Assembly: GCA_951406725.2 (NCBI GenBank)
Contig: OX597815.1
Coordinates: forward strand, 32,550,001-32,614,000
Source: Octopus vulgaris
Taxonomy: Eukaryota
Reading direction: 5' to 3'
DNA: 64,000 bases
Part shown: positions 25,644-38,271 of the stretch, piece after piece
Position numbering within the stretch: position 1 is the stretch's first letter
Layout: each line of letters opens with the position of its first letter
Notes under the pieces: generated by a model
What the model saw: the letters and a program-made list of their open reading frames with translations, nothing else
Databases searched by the model: none
What the model was told of the DNA's origin: nothing
Made by a program: the position numbers and the translations under genes

Positions 25644-26189
25644 GTAAGTATTCATTTAAGTTTTCGTGTATGTTCAAGGTACTTAACTCTTGCTATACTA
25701 CTTCATTCAGCTGTGTGAGTGAGTGATGCCTTGCTGAGCTTAGTTTAGCTATCAGTTTTTCTTTGTCACTTATTTTCTCACCATCATCATCATCACCTCT
25801 GTTTAACGTCCACTTTTCCATGCATGCATGAGTCATACAGAATTTGTTGAGGTTGATTTTCTATGACCAGATGTTCTTCCAACTACCAATCTTTACTTGT
25901 TTCCAAGCAACATATTCTTCACAGACGACTGGAAATGGACCATATACTTGTTTACAACTGACATGTAATGTCAAGACAAGGGTACACACACACACACATG
26001 TACTCAGACTCACATAAACACATGCATGCATGCATGCACACACACACATCCTTATCATTTAACATCCACTTTCTGATGCTTGCATGTGTCAAAAGCTAAA
26101 ATAGAGATAACAAGACCACCAACTAAATCTATTGTTCTCAATGATATGTCTATCCTTCTGGATAGTTATAAAAAGCAAGAACACCCCAA

Positions 26190-26516
26190 GCAGAAATCAG
26201 TTAGTCACAGTCGGTGACGACTCAACCAAGTAGTCACTTGGTGACAACTGAGTGAGGTGGGTTGTGACGACTCAATTAGTTAGGGAACGGACTGCTAGAA
26301 TCATGATCACAAAGAATGCTTCTACTAAAGATAATGGTCAGTGAGGGAAATGAAATTTACTGTCAGAAACTGTGAGACAACACCCTACAACTCTCACACA
26401 ACATCATTCTATCTCTCTCCACAATTACTACTAAACAATAAAGAGAACCCAAACACAAACTTTACTTCACATGCTTTTGATTTATCATAACCTACCCGTT
26501 ACAGTTGGTGACCCTG
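26190..26516 (+). mobile_element. LTR 3' part plus primer-binding site (Gypsy-like remnant)
   Basis: AATAAA 26437-26442, LTR-like end GTTACA at 26503, then TGGTGACCCTG (26506-26516), resembling the tRNA-Trp PBS TGGTGACCCCG; left boundary uncertain. Confidence 0.5.
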
Positions 26517-27747
26517 TGGAAAAAGAATCGCTGCCTTCTGAAGTTGCATCACCGACAAACCTTTCTTATGCTTACCCTGTACTTTGTGAATTTGCTCTGG
26601 CACCTCATTGCTACTAATACTGCTCATTCCTATATAATGTTTGGTAGCCATGTACTGCTTCTGTAGCAAAGTACTCTCCTTGTCCTTCTGTCATGCCTCC
26701 CACAACCTGGCATAAAGTCATTTCTCCTTCTTTAACTCTCATCCATGTTTATTCATGGAGACTTTTTCCTCTTTTCTATTCTTTTAATGTCATGCACCCA
26801 ATACACATTGTAAGGTGGTTGGCATTAAGAAGAGCATCCAACCATAGTAAACATACCAAAGCTGTCACTGGAACTCAACACAGCCTTGTGGCTCCAGATT
26901 TTGTCAAACCATACAACTTATGCAAGCATGGAAAACAGATGTTAAAGGATGATGACTATAGTGGCAGTGGTGATGATGATGTATATGCGAGCTTCTTTCA
27001 GTTCCCATCTACCAAATCCACTCACAAAGCTTTGGTTGACCTGGGGCTTATAGCAGAAGACACTTGTCCAAGATATTGCAAAGTGGGATTGATCCCAAGA
27101 TGATATGGTTGGAAAGCAAGCTTCTTATCACACAGCCAAGCCAATCCTTGAGAATCATGTATATGCATGGGTGTGAAGAGACATGAAAGTGTTTCGTAAG
27201 TCTTAGCAGATTGTTGGGTCACAGAATAAATCAATTTAGAGGAATTAGTCTCTCTCCAAGCTAGAAATTGTAGCTATAAGAAATTGAAAATAAACATGCA
27301 TTCTTAAGAGCTTATCAACATTTTTATATAATCTTTACTGTGTCACATATGTATCACCACCATCATCATCATCATCAACAACAACAACAATTAATGTTTG
27401 TTTTCCATGTTGGCACGGGCTGGAGGTTGATTTTTTCCATGCTTGCGTTGGGTTGGACAAGTCTCTTCCAGCCACTTGTTGCAGTTTCTTAATATTTCAT
27501 TGATGACGTTTAACCTACATTGGCTTTTTTTTTTTCCAGACATCTTCCTTATCAGAGAGTTACTTTTGCTTAGATTAGTTGGCTCTCTTTTTCCCAACTG
27601 TCATCTTTTGTAGGCATCACATGTTTGTTGTCAACTTGTTCTTCTCTCTTGCTATTCCATCTGATTCCTCTTACAACCAGTTTTCCTCTCAGCTGATTAC
27701 TCATACACATGAGCATCACATGTCTAGCTGAGCATAGGTGTATAATG

Positions 27748-27973
27748 TTAACCCTTTCGATACAAACCTGATGGAAACTGCCTCTGGCTCTATAGTACAA
27801 ATGTCTTGTTTTCATAAGTTTTGAATTAAAATCTTCCACCAAACCTTAGTCACAATTTATGCTCTTAACACTAATTTAATGATAACTAAGTCATTTTACT
27901 ATATTCTTTGTTATATTTAAGATTAATTGAAAGAAACACAGAGCATCTCAAAATACAGCAATGAAAGGATTAA
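27748..27973. mobile_element. piggyBac-type MITE (family P2)
   Basis: TTAA|CCCTTTCG ... GAAAGGA|TTAA; reverse-complement homologue of 39643-39871; older copies near 19535-19757 and 47545-47750. Confidence 0.8.
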
Positions 27974-28062
27974 TGTGCATAAACAACAGAATATAAAAGA
28001 GCTGAGAATTTCTTTTCATCCTTTATACACTCTCTCCTGTCAATACCCATGTTTTGCATTCT

Positions 28063-28445
28063 TTTATTCTTTTACTTGTTTCAGTCATTTGACTGTGGCC
28101 ATGCTGGAGCACTGTCTTTCGTCAAACGAATCGACCCGAAGACTTATTCTTTGTAAGCCTAGAACTTATTCTATTGGTCTTTTTGACCCAACTGCTATGT
28201 TATGGGGACATAAACACACCAACATCGGTTGTCAAGTGACAGAGGTGGGAGGCAAAACACAAACATATACATATATGTATATATATATATATGATGAGCT
28301 TCTTTCAGTTTCCGTTTACCAAATCTACTCACAAGGCTTTGGTCAGCCCAAGGTTATAGTAGAAGACACTTGTCCAAGGTGCCATACAGTGGGACTAAAC
28401 CATGTGGTTGATAAGAAAGCTTCTTCCCACACAGCCATACCTGTG
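28063..28445 (-). mobile_element. tRNA-derived SINE family A
   Basis: same family; explains ORF 27927-28547. Confidence 0.88.
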
Positions 28446-28977
28446 CCTATCACTTCTTATACAAGTGTCATACATTCTGTGCTTCAATCATTAAGAAAAT
28501 CAAGTACTTTGCAACAAATTAAAACTTCCTCATGTTTACATTGGTGAAATATGCTTCCTTACACTTCTACCAACAAAATATTACTTAAGTTAAAACAGTA
28601 TGGGAGCCTCTACGTGACTGATTGATCTATTAGTAGTAACAGCTAAATCTTCCTAAAATCACACCTTACTGTCTTTAAAATGGGAAGGAAATATTGGATG
28701 ATATATATCCTAGAATATAAAATAGCTAGTTAAAAAAGAGATGGATAGTCATGGTTGGAATGCTTTTAATCATAAAGCTGTTCAACCAGTACTGACTTGT
28801 GGTTAAACAACAAATATTATATCAATAAAATTATAAATGATAATTATTATATGTTAATGTCGTTTTCCCTGTCATCAAACTCATCATCACCACTATTATT
28901 ATCTTCATTATTGTGATCTACATTTCTATATACAGTGTATTATTATGAATATTGTCATTCTGTTCTCTGTTTACTAG

Positions 28978-29134
28978 ATACTGTTTGCTATAATATTTGG
29001 TTGGATTCTAAGTGACATCTTAACCAAAGCTGGAGTTTTGTCTAGTAATCCCCAAAACTCACAGTACTTTGCTCGGACAGACAGCAGATTTCATGTTGTA
29101 CATTCTTCATCCTGGTTTTATTTCCCATATCCCG
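28978..29134 (+). CDS. SLC23A: SLC23/NAT exon: ILFAIIFGWILSDILTKAGVLSSNPQNSQYFARTDSRFHVVHSSSWFYFPYP
   Basis: ttactAG/GTatgt, 157 bp; ARTD and WF.FPYP motifs. Confidence 0.96.
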
Positions 29135-29321
29135 GTATGTATAATTGTTTGTCTCTTGTTTTACTTATGTTATATATATGTGTTTAATGCTTTTTACATG
29201 TGAAATAACTGGCACTCTGTTGGTTATGACAAAGAATGTTTCATTTTGATCTGATCTGCAGAACAGCCTGCCCATGAAATTAAACATGCAAATGGCTGAG
29301 CGCTCCACAAGCATGCATACC

Positions 29322-29557
29322 TATTTCTTTACTATCCACAAGGGGCTAAACACAGAGGAGACAAACAAGGACAGACAAAAGGATTAAGTCGATTACATCG
29401 ACCCCAGTCCGTAACTGGTACTTAATTTATCGACCCCGAAAGGATGAAAGGCAAAGTCGACCTCAGCGGAATTTGAACTCAGAATGTAGCAGCAGACGAA
29501 ATACGGCTACACATTTCGCCCGGCGTGCTAACGTTTCTGCCAGCGTGCTAACGTTTC
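29322..29557 (-). mobile_element. SINE family B inserted in a family C-like SINE
   Basis: 23-bp duplication 29299-29321 / 29558-29580. Confidence 0.88.
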
Positions 29558-29830
29558 AGCACTCCACAAACATGCATACCCTTAACATAGTTCTCAGGGA
29601 GATTCAGTGTTGCAGAGAATGTGACATGGGTGGCCCTTTGAAATAGAGGTACAACTCATTTTTGCCAGCTGAATGGACTGGAGCAACATAAAATAAAGTG
29701 CCTTGCTCAAAGACACAGCATGTCACAAGGAATCGAACACACGACCTTACAATCAGGAGAGGAATACACTAACCACTAAGTCATGCATCTTCACTACGTA
29801 TGAAATAGAAAGTTATGATCAGCATTGATA

Positions 29831-30170
29831 CATCATCATCTTTTAACATCTGCTCTCCCTGCTGGCATGGGCTGGACGGTTTAACTGAGGATCAGCGAGC
29901 CCAGTCTCCAGTCTGATCTGGCACAGTTACTACAGCTGGATGCCCTTCCTAACGCCAACCACTCCGAGAGTGTAGTGGGTGCTTTTATGTGCCACCGGCA
30001 TGAAGGCCAGTCAGGTGGTACTAGCATCGGCCACACTCAAATGGTGCTTTTTACACACCACCTGCACAGGAGCCAGTCCGGCAGCACTGGCAATAACCAT
30101 GCTCGAATGGTACTTTTTTTACGTGCCACCAGCACAGGAGCCAGTCAGTGACCCTGGCAATGATCACACT
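29831..30170 (-). mobile_element. RTE 3'UTR-derived short element
   Basis: same family. Confidence 0.85.
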
Positions 30171-32005
30171 TGAATGTTGCTTCTAACATTCCACTGGCAC
30201 AGAAAAATGATAATTTGTTTAAAAAAAAAAACAGATGCATAGTTATGCGTGCGTGCGTGTGTGTGTGTGCACGTGCAGAGATGATTGTGTTGTTAATAGG
30301 TTTACTTCCTAACCACATGGTTTCATTTTCAGTCCCATTATGTGGTACATTGAGCAAATGTCTTCTACTATAGTCCCAGGTTGATCAAAACTTTGTGATT
30401 ATATCTGGTAGAAAGAAACTGAAAAAGCCATTCAACTCATGCCAGCTGGTGTTAAATGATGATGATAATTATATGCGCATGTGTGTCTGTGTATCCTTTT
30501 CTTGATATCATGTGATCATTACAAATAACCATCACCACTACACAAGCGGTGTTCTTCGTTTCCAGTATTCCATGGAAATATATCCAGCTGTAAGAAAATA
30601 TTTTCTTGCTTGGTTGATATGAAGAGCAATCCAACCATGGAAAATCTACCATCTACCAAATTCCATCTGGCTCATGCAAGTATAGGAAAGAATCATTGTC
30701 ATCTCATCCTCATTGTCATCCTTCTTCTCCTTCATGCTTGCATGAGTTACATGCAGTTTATCGAGACTTATTCAAAGACCAGATGCTCTTCCTATCACCA
30801 TTTCCTGTTTTCAAACAAGATAATATTACCCCAAGGCCAGACATGTTTTTCGCAGAATTACTAATTCACAACTATTGTGTTATGTCAAGACAACTTAATA
30901 TAGCACACAATTTTCAACTATCATGTTATGTCAAGACAATGAGACACAAATGTGCACACACACTCACACACACATATATGATGATGGCTGATGGCATGTT
31001 AGATGAGTATGACCATCACTGACAAAGCAATGCCTGTACAAAATTTTAGGTCTAATAAGGCTTGCACAACACCTCATAGACCCTCTCCACCCTATTGACA
31101 TGATCCTGAGATGAGTCAAGGCAAGATATCTAGTGCTAATATCAGTTGAAGGTTCAGGAATGTAGGAGTGCCATGATTTCTAGGGCTAGCAAAAGATCCC
31201 CAAAATCTCCAATGCTATTCCCTGTATATGTAGTATTATATCAGATTGACCTTCTCCTAGAGATATGCATTAGCAAAAGCTGAGGGTTGCTTTACTCGGC
31301 AGTGGTCTTCCAGCATGCCAGACACCAGTTCAGAATTTTTGAGTATCCATGCTATTACTATATAGTCATTGAACCTGCACTAGGTTCATCTGCCCTTTTG
31401 ACAGGTCTAGTTTTTAGTCCTGCTGGGTTTCTAGCAACCCTTCTCTCCAAGCTAGCCAGGTGGGAGTGCCAGTTTAGTTGCCAACAACTCGACCAAGCAA
31501 CAGGATGTACTAGATTCCATGTTGCCAATAGCAATCATGAGAGGGCTCAGAAGTGACCTGATACACATGTATGTATATATACGTGCGCATGCGCGCGCAC
31601 GCACACACACACACACACACACACCACACTTCTTTCAGTTTCTGTTGATTTATCCAAGGTGCCATACTATGGGATTGAACCTGAAACCATGTGGTTGGGA
31701 ATCGAAATTCTCAACCACACAATCATGCCTGTACCTCAAGGTGCACTTGTGTATGTGTGTGTGTGTGCGTGCATGTGTGTAAGTTCTGTCATAGTGTATT
31801 TAGCACTACATTCCCTAAAGTTATTCCTTTCATTATGACAATATGATACAATATGATACAAGAAAGATTTGTCTACTGTTTCTAGCTCCGCTAAAAATTC
31901 TTTGTTGATTCAACTCGATGGATATTCATTATTTGTTTATTGACCGAAATTTGTGTTGTCAATCTCTTGACTGATAACCCTTTTTTTTTTCTTTTTACTT
32001 TGCAG

Positions 32006-32259
32006 GTCAATTTGGTCCACCTAGTTTCCTAGCGTCTGCATTCGTTGGTTTTATAATAGCTACGATGACATCTATCATTGATTCAATTGGGGACTACTAT
32101 GCATGTGCTCGAATGTGTGGTCTCCCACCCCCTCCTAGCCATGCTGTCAACCGTGGTATCATGATTGAAGGGTTTGCCAGTTGTCTTGCAGGGGCCTTTG
32201 GGGCTGGACATGGCACCAGCACCTACGGAGGAAACATTGGAGCAATTGGAATAACAAAG
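32006..32259 (+). CDS. SLC23A: SLC23/NAT exon (TM8-TM10): GQFGPPSFLASAFVGFIIATMTSIIDSIGDYYACARMCGLPPPPSHAVNRGIMIEGFASCLAGAFGAGHGTSTYGGNIGAIGITK
   Basis: polypyrimidine-tgcAG/GTaatc, 254 bp; SIGDYYACAR, PPPP.HA.NRGI..EG and the NAT signature NIG..GITK. Confidence 0.98.
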
Positions 32260-32469
32260 GTAATCAATAACTGAATTGTTTGTATTTGTTTATAGTTTTA
32301 ACACATAAAGCGTGACGGGCCATGATTGTAGCCATGAGGCACAGGTCGACAGGCCATGACTGTGGCCCAGATAGATGCATTTAATTTATGGGCGTTTGTT
32401 GGGGTCTAATGTCACTCAAACACTCTGATATTGCACCCCCCACCTGAATGCAAGTGAACTAATAGTTCA

Positions 32470-32851
32470 ACGGGTGGCTGTGTGGTAAATAGCTTCGCTC
32501 CCCAACCACATCATTCTGGGTTCAGTCCCACTGCGTGGCACCTTGGGCAAGTGTCTTCTACTATAGCCTCGGCCCAACCAAAGCCTTGTGAGTGGATTTG
32601 GTAGATGGAAAATGAAAGAAGCCCGTCGTATATATGTATATATATGTGTTTGTGTGTCTGTATTTGTACCCCCAACATCGCTTGACAACCGATGCTGGTG
32701 TGTTTACATCCCTGTAACTTAGCGGTTCCGCAAAAGAGACCGATAGAATAAGTACTAGGCTTACAAAGAATGAGTCCTGGAGTCAATTTGCTCGACTAAA
32801 GGTGGTGCTCCAGCATGGCCGCAGTCAAATGACTGAAACAAGTAAAAGAGT
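32470..32851 (+). mobile_element. tRNA-derived SINE family A, full length
   Basis: same family. Confidence 0.9.
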
Positions 32852-33499
32852 GATGACCTTTCAGATGATGTAAAACTTGTCACCATTATATACTAAGAAG
32901 ATATTTTAACTAATTTTTGTTTTTTACGTGTGCATGGTAGTCTCATTTTCATAAAATGTGCTCAGCAGTCTGTCCATGCTATGTAAATGCAAATCCCAGC
33001 ACTTTATGGGTTAATTATTAATTATATTTTACACTATATGAACTTTTAATTAATCAAAATCCTCCATTTTGTCTCTGTTTTAGTCATCATCTCTATATGT
33101 GTGTGTCTTTCTTTGATGTATACTATGTCTTGTCATACCACATGGCCATCCATACATATAGGTATGTCCTTTATGGCCATACCGTCCTCATCCTCTTTCA
33201 GTTGAGAGGTCTTTGCTTTGCAGGCATCAGTGCCATGTACAATGCATGCATGCCAGTGCTACATAAATGCATACAGTACACTCTGTAAAGTGGCTGGCAT
33301 TAGGAAGGGTATCTACCCATAAAAACCATGCCAAAACAGGCAATTGGAGCATGGCAAGCTCCTTTCAAACCATCAACCCATGCTGGCATGGAAAACGGGC
33401 ATTAAATGATGATGTTGATGACAACTTACACTTGAATGATTTAATTTGAGGGCCCCCAAACCACTAATTTCTGTCCATAAACAGTTGATGAAAGTTAGA

Positions 33500-33681
33500 A
33501 TCATCATCATCATCGGTTAACGTCCGTTTTCCATGCTAGCATGGGTTGGACGGTTCGACTGGGGTCTGGGAAACCAGAAGGCTGCACCAGGCCCAGTCTG
33601 ATCTGGCAGTGTTTCTACAGTTGGATACCCTTCCTAACGCCAACCACTCCATGAGTGTAGTGGGTGCTTTTTATGTGCCAC
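33500..33681 (-). mobile_element. RTE 3' tail
   Basis: very similar to 1020-1195. Confidence 0.85.
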
Positions 33682-34280
33682 CTAATGAAAACCAGTTGGA
33701 ATTTACTGACGAAATTAATTTTCAGTTTCCACAGTTTATAGTAAAAATTTGTAAAACAAATAACTTGTTTTACTATATCCTGTAGTTCCATACTATTAAA
33801 TTTATATTTCTCATATGTCACTTAAGAGTTATTTGGACTCTTTTTACAAAGTTACTTAAATGCCATTGTAGCTATAGCTATGGCCAATAATTCCCTCACA
33901 CAGAAAAATGTGGACAAAGTCACTGACTGGAATTGAACCATGCATCTATCATAGAGTAGATGGGTATGCTACCACTGCAACAGAGAGAGATCTTCCAAAT
34001 TTTAACTGTAAAATTCAAAGCTTTAATGTTACCAGCAAGAAAGATTTTTTTTTTTACTTTGCTTGTAGATCATATTTTTTCCTTTAACTGGATTCATTTT
34101 TTCTGGGACCACCTACTTGCCAAACTCTAAAGATTATATGTCATAGCTATATGAAGGTAGTTATTCTAGAATATTGCTGGCCATTATATATTTGAAAGCA
34201 TGAACAGCAGAGAGTGAATTGAACAAAAAATATATATAAAAAAAACAATTCTTTATTTATTAAATATTCTTATATTCTAG

Positions 34281-34554
34281 GTTGGAAGCAGACGAGTATT
34301 TCAAATGGTTGGCGTCATCTTCATTCTATTTGGAGTCCTTGGAAAACTTGGTGCAATTTTTGTGATAATTCCTTACCCTGTACTTGGTGGAGTACAAATT
34401 ATCAGTTTTGGTATTTTTATTGGTCTAGTACTCTCCAACATGATGTATATAGATATGAACTCATCTCGCAACTTAGCTATCATCGGCATCTCACTTTTGT
34501 TTGGTTTAATGGTACCCTATTATGTTTCTAGCTCTAAAAAACCTTTTGATACAG
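34281..34554 (+). CDS. SLC23A: SLC23/NAT exon: VGSRRVFQMVGVIFILFGVLGKLGAIFVIIPYPVLGG...DMNSSRNLAIIGISLLFGLMVPYYVSSSKKPFDT
   Basis: ttctAG/GTaagt, 274 bp; VGSRRV, P.PVLGG and DMNSSRNL motifs. Confidence 0.98.
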
Positions 34555-34844
34555 GTAAGTATTTTCTTCTTTTAAAATCTTTAAAGTTTTCTTTGTACCA
34601 GTATTAAGTTAAAATGTTATTTCATCATTCAATATCAATAGAAGTTGTTCTAAGACCCATCCATCCATTTTCACTGCCCACTGTTCTTTGAAAGGTTGTA
34701 GGAGTATAGTTTTCAGGCACCTCCTCCATAAGGTCATATCGGAAGTAACTGTCATTACACTATTCTGCTAGACTTCCTAACATAACCAACTGAGAATATA
34801 GATATTATCCAAAAGTAAGTCAAAAAATAGATATTACATTTTCT

Positions 34845-35071
34845 TTAACCCTTTAGTGTTCAGATTATTCTATCAAACATAATGCCTATTGATTCCCATT
34901 GATTTGAATTAATCATGCATTATCTCATATCTTCAAGATCTTGATGGTGTAATTACTTAATGTAGAATAACATTGTAGGGTAGGTGTGAAAGCCTGGATC
35001 TGGTCAGTTTGAACATAAAACAGATTAGCTATTTTGGCCCGATATGGCCGGTTTAAATATTAAAGGGTTAA
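34845..35071. mobile_element. piggyBac-type MITE (family P1)
   Basis: TTAA|CCCTTTA ... TAAAGGG|TTAA. Confidence 0.85.
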
Positions 35072-35289
35072 ATTATCCAGTTGCTTCCTTTCAAGAGGCA
35101 TCTTAATTTGTGTGATCTATGCCCCTCACCTAAGTCTCACTTACTCAACACTATACAGGCAGGAATATGCTCTAGCTTGTCACTGGTTTAGAAATAATAT
35201 TAATACAATGAAATAATCTCTGTTTTATTGGTACTTCAGAGATTGTTCCTAGTCGTTTTCTTTTTCTTGCTGAATCTAGAAGGAAGGGC

Positions 35290-35600
35290 AATGCCCATGA
35301 CCTTTACTGGTCAGTCGCTGCAGGAAAAACGTAAGCAAGGAGAAATTTCCAGAATGCTGATATTATTACAGGATCAGGGCATGGATGGACATAACAAGGG
35401 TGAAAAGAGGGAGATACAAGTAGATGAAGAGTGCCTGAATAAAGGATGTATGAGACCAGCCACTTTTGCAGAACACAGACCATTGTAGTAGCTGTAGATA
35501 AGATAGATAGGGAAGACAGCACACCAGAGACTGGAGCATATTTGTTAGTGATTTAATGTCAATTAGTTCAGTGACCTTTCTCTGGATGAAGATGTACGAG
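35290..35600 (-). mobile_element. CR1/L2-group LINE 3' remnant
   Basis: YSYYNGLCS...W..L...VFP pattern on the minus strand, related to 18130-18610. Confidence 0.5.
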
Positions 35601-35674
35601 CAGTACTTTATTGGGATCTTCACTTGAGTTTTGTGGAGAATCAGCAATTGTTATGAGTTACAATTTCAAAATCG

Positions 35675-36010
35675 GAGACCCCCTTCGGTCACGACACAGA
35701 CCATGGGATTGCACCTAGAAAGTTACCTGCCCAGGTACAAGTCCGGGCGAGGTTGTTTATGGAAGACCAGCAGTCGCCCATGCATACCAGCCTCCCTCTC
35801 CACGCCACCAGTGTTATCCAAGGGAAAGACAAAGGCCAATACAGCTTGGCACCTGTGACGTCGCAACTCATTTCTACAGCTGAGTGAACTGGAGCAACGT
35901 GAAATAAAGTGCCTTGCTCAAGAACACAACATGCAGCCCGGTCCGGGATTCGAGCTCACAACCTCACGATCGTAAGCTCAACGCTCTAATCACTGAGCCA
36001 TGCACCTTCA
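35675..36010 (-). mobile_element. tRNA-derived SINE family C, full length
   Basis: same family. Confidence 0.88.
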
Positions 36011-36419
36011 AAATATTGTATATATTTTATAATTAAAGTAAAATGTATACTGTGCATACTCCGAAATAAATGATATAATATTTTGATGGATTTATCCATT
36101 GTAAGTAACTATTATTTATTGTAGAATATTGTACATTATAAAAGTTTATTATTTAGCATGTGTGAATATTTGTTAGTTAATTACTGAAGTTGATCTAAAG
36201 TGTGAACAGAATCAAATAATTTGGTATTTGTGAAAGATAGAAGTAACTAAAATTGTCCAGTGAAGCTGTGTTGTGTAACCATATGTCAGCCCTGATTGAT
36301 CAGAACTATAATCAATGACATCCCAGTTGTGACCATTTCATCTATTTTTTAGATATAGTATGTTTAGAATAACATGATCTCATTTGATGTTCTAGCTGTG
36401 ACGATGCCGCTGGCATATA

Positions 36420-36649
36420 AGGCAGCGAGCTGGCAGAATCATTTGCACACCAGGCAAAATGCTTAGTGGTATTTTGTCTGCCGCTATGTCCTGAGTTCAA
36501 ATTCCGCCGAGGTCGACTTTGCTTTTCAACCTTTCGGGGTTGATTAAATAAGTACCAGTTATGCACTGGGGTCTGTAATCGACTTAATCCCATTGTCTGT
36601 TTTTGTTTGTCCCCTCTATGTTCAGCCCCTTGTGGGCAATAAAGAAATA
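36420..36649 (+). mobile_element. SINE family B
   Basis: same family. Confidence 0.88.
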
Positions 36650-37230
36650 TATTTTTCAGACAAAGTTTGTCTAGAATGACAATATCCAGTTTGACCTCAC
36701 TGAATTTTCTTCAGGTGAGAGGGTTAAGTGTCAGAAAGATTTGGCTGCTATTTCTATCACGTCAAGTATTTGTGTTGCAACGCCCACATTTGCTCAACAA
36801 GAAACTGACTGGTTAGACAGTTGCATGTACTTTTGCTTGGATTTAATTTCATTGAAAATGTGTTATATTTTGTTGCTTTAACCTAAAGTCAGTCCTAATC
36901 CAGCAGATTATGATTAAAAGCATTCCAGCTGTGACAAAACCATCCTTTTAGAATTACTTAAGACTATATTTTCCTGTAATATCTTTTCTCTTTTTAAGTA
37001 GGCTGTGATTTGAAGGAGATTTGACTGTTATTTCTAGCCAGTTGAGTGACTAATGATTCCCACATTGAGTTTTTTTTTATTTACTATATAGTGTTATCAG
37101 TTGCTCAAGTTGTTATTTTAGAAAAGTTATTTGTTTTCTTATATATTTTTTCTTCACCATTTGTTCTCGTCATCAGCATCATCATTTACTGTCCACATTT
37201 CATGTTGGCATGGGTTGGACAGGTTGATAG

Positions 37231-37456
37231 GAGCTGGCAGAAACGTTAGCACATCAGGCTAAATGCTTAGCGGTATTTTGTCTGCCGTTATGTTGTGAGT
37301 TCAAATTCCGCCGAGGTCGACTTTGCCTTTCATCCTTTCGGCGTCGATAAATTAAGTACCAGTTATGCACTGGGGTCTATGTAATCGACTTAATACCTAT
37401 GTCTGTCCTTGTTTGTCCCCTCTATGTTTAGCCCCTTGTGGGTAATGAAGAAATAG
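37231..37456 (+). mobile_element. SINE family B inserted in an RTE tail
   Basis: TSD AGGTTGATAGGA at 37221-37232 and 37455-37466. Confidence 0.88.
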
Positions 37457-37888
37457 GTTGATAGGATCTGGCAAGCCACAAGACCACATCAAGCTCCAAT
37501 GTTGGCTGTGGCATGGTTTCTATGATTGGATGCCCTTCCTAATGCCAACCATTTTACAGATTGTACAGGGTGCATTTTTTTTTTTGTGCCACTAGTCCTA
37601 GTGAAATTTCCAAGTAATTTGCAAGCAGAAAAAAAGAATAGGTCAAAAGGAAAAGGAAAAAGTTCTCATTACTAAAGTGGGAAGCATTTGAGAGGAGAAG
37701 ATAGCTTTATGTCAGGCATTGAAATGCTGCTAATGTATGAGAGAAGAACAAGCACAAGTGTCTTGCTATAGAGAGACTACTAAGCAGTAATGTTAGAATA
37801 CAGATTCTATAACACATAATTACATTCTTCCCAATCTGTTTTAATACTGGTGATGTACAAATATTTTGTTTAATATTCTGCATTTGTA

Positions 37889-38104
37889 AGGTGGCAAGCT
37901 GGCAGAAACGTTAGCACACCGGGCAAAATGCTTAGTGGTATTTTGTCTATTTTTATGTTCTGAGTTCAAATTCTGCCAAGGATGACTTTATCTTTCAACC
38001 TTTTGGGGTCGATAAATTAAGTACCAGTTGCATACTTGGGTTGATCTAATTGACTGGCCTCTTCCCCCAAAATTTTAGGCCTTATGCCTAGAGTAGAAAA
38101 GAAT
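37889..38104 (+). mobile_element. SINE family B variant (different 3' end)
   Basis: same head and core; related copies near 25360-25490 and 40700-40890. Confidence 0.8.
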
Positions 38105-38175
38105 ATTCTGCATTTGTATACTTCCTGTTTTGATATCAATATTCTTATCTGTTCTATTTTTTTTTTATTACTTAG

Positions 38176-38271
38176 GTTACGTAGAATTAAATAACATATT
38201 ACAAACATTGCTAGGAAACGCTAATTTTGTTGGTGGTGCCTTAGCTTGCTTCCTTGACAACACAGTGCCAG
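38176..38271 (+). CDS. SLC23A: SLC23/NAT exon: GYVELNNILQTLLGNANFVGGALACFLDNTVP
   Basis: cttAG/GTgagt, 96 bp; FVGG..A..LDNT.PG motif. Confidence 0.97.

Noticed and set aside
27927-28547. 206-aa ORF and recurring SVSVYQIHSQGFG..EDTCPRCH peptides
   Set aside because: Antisense reading of SINE family A, not a gene family
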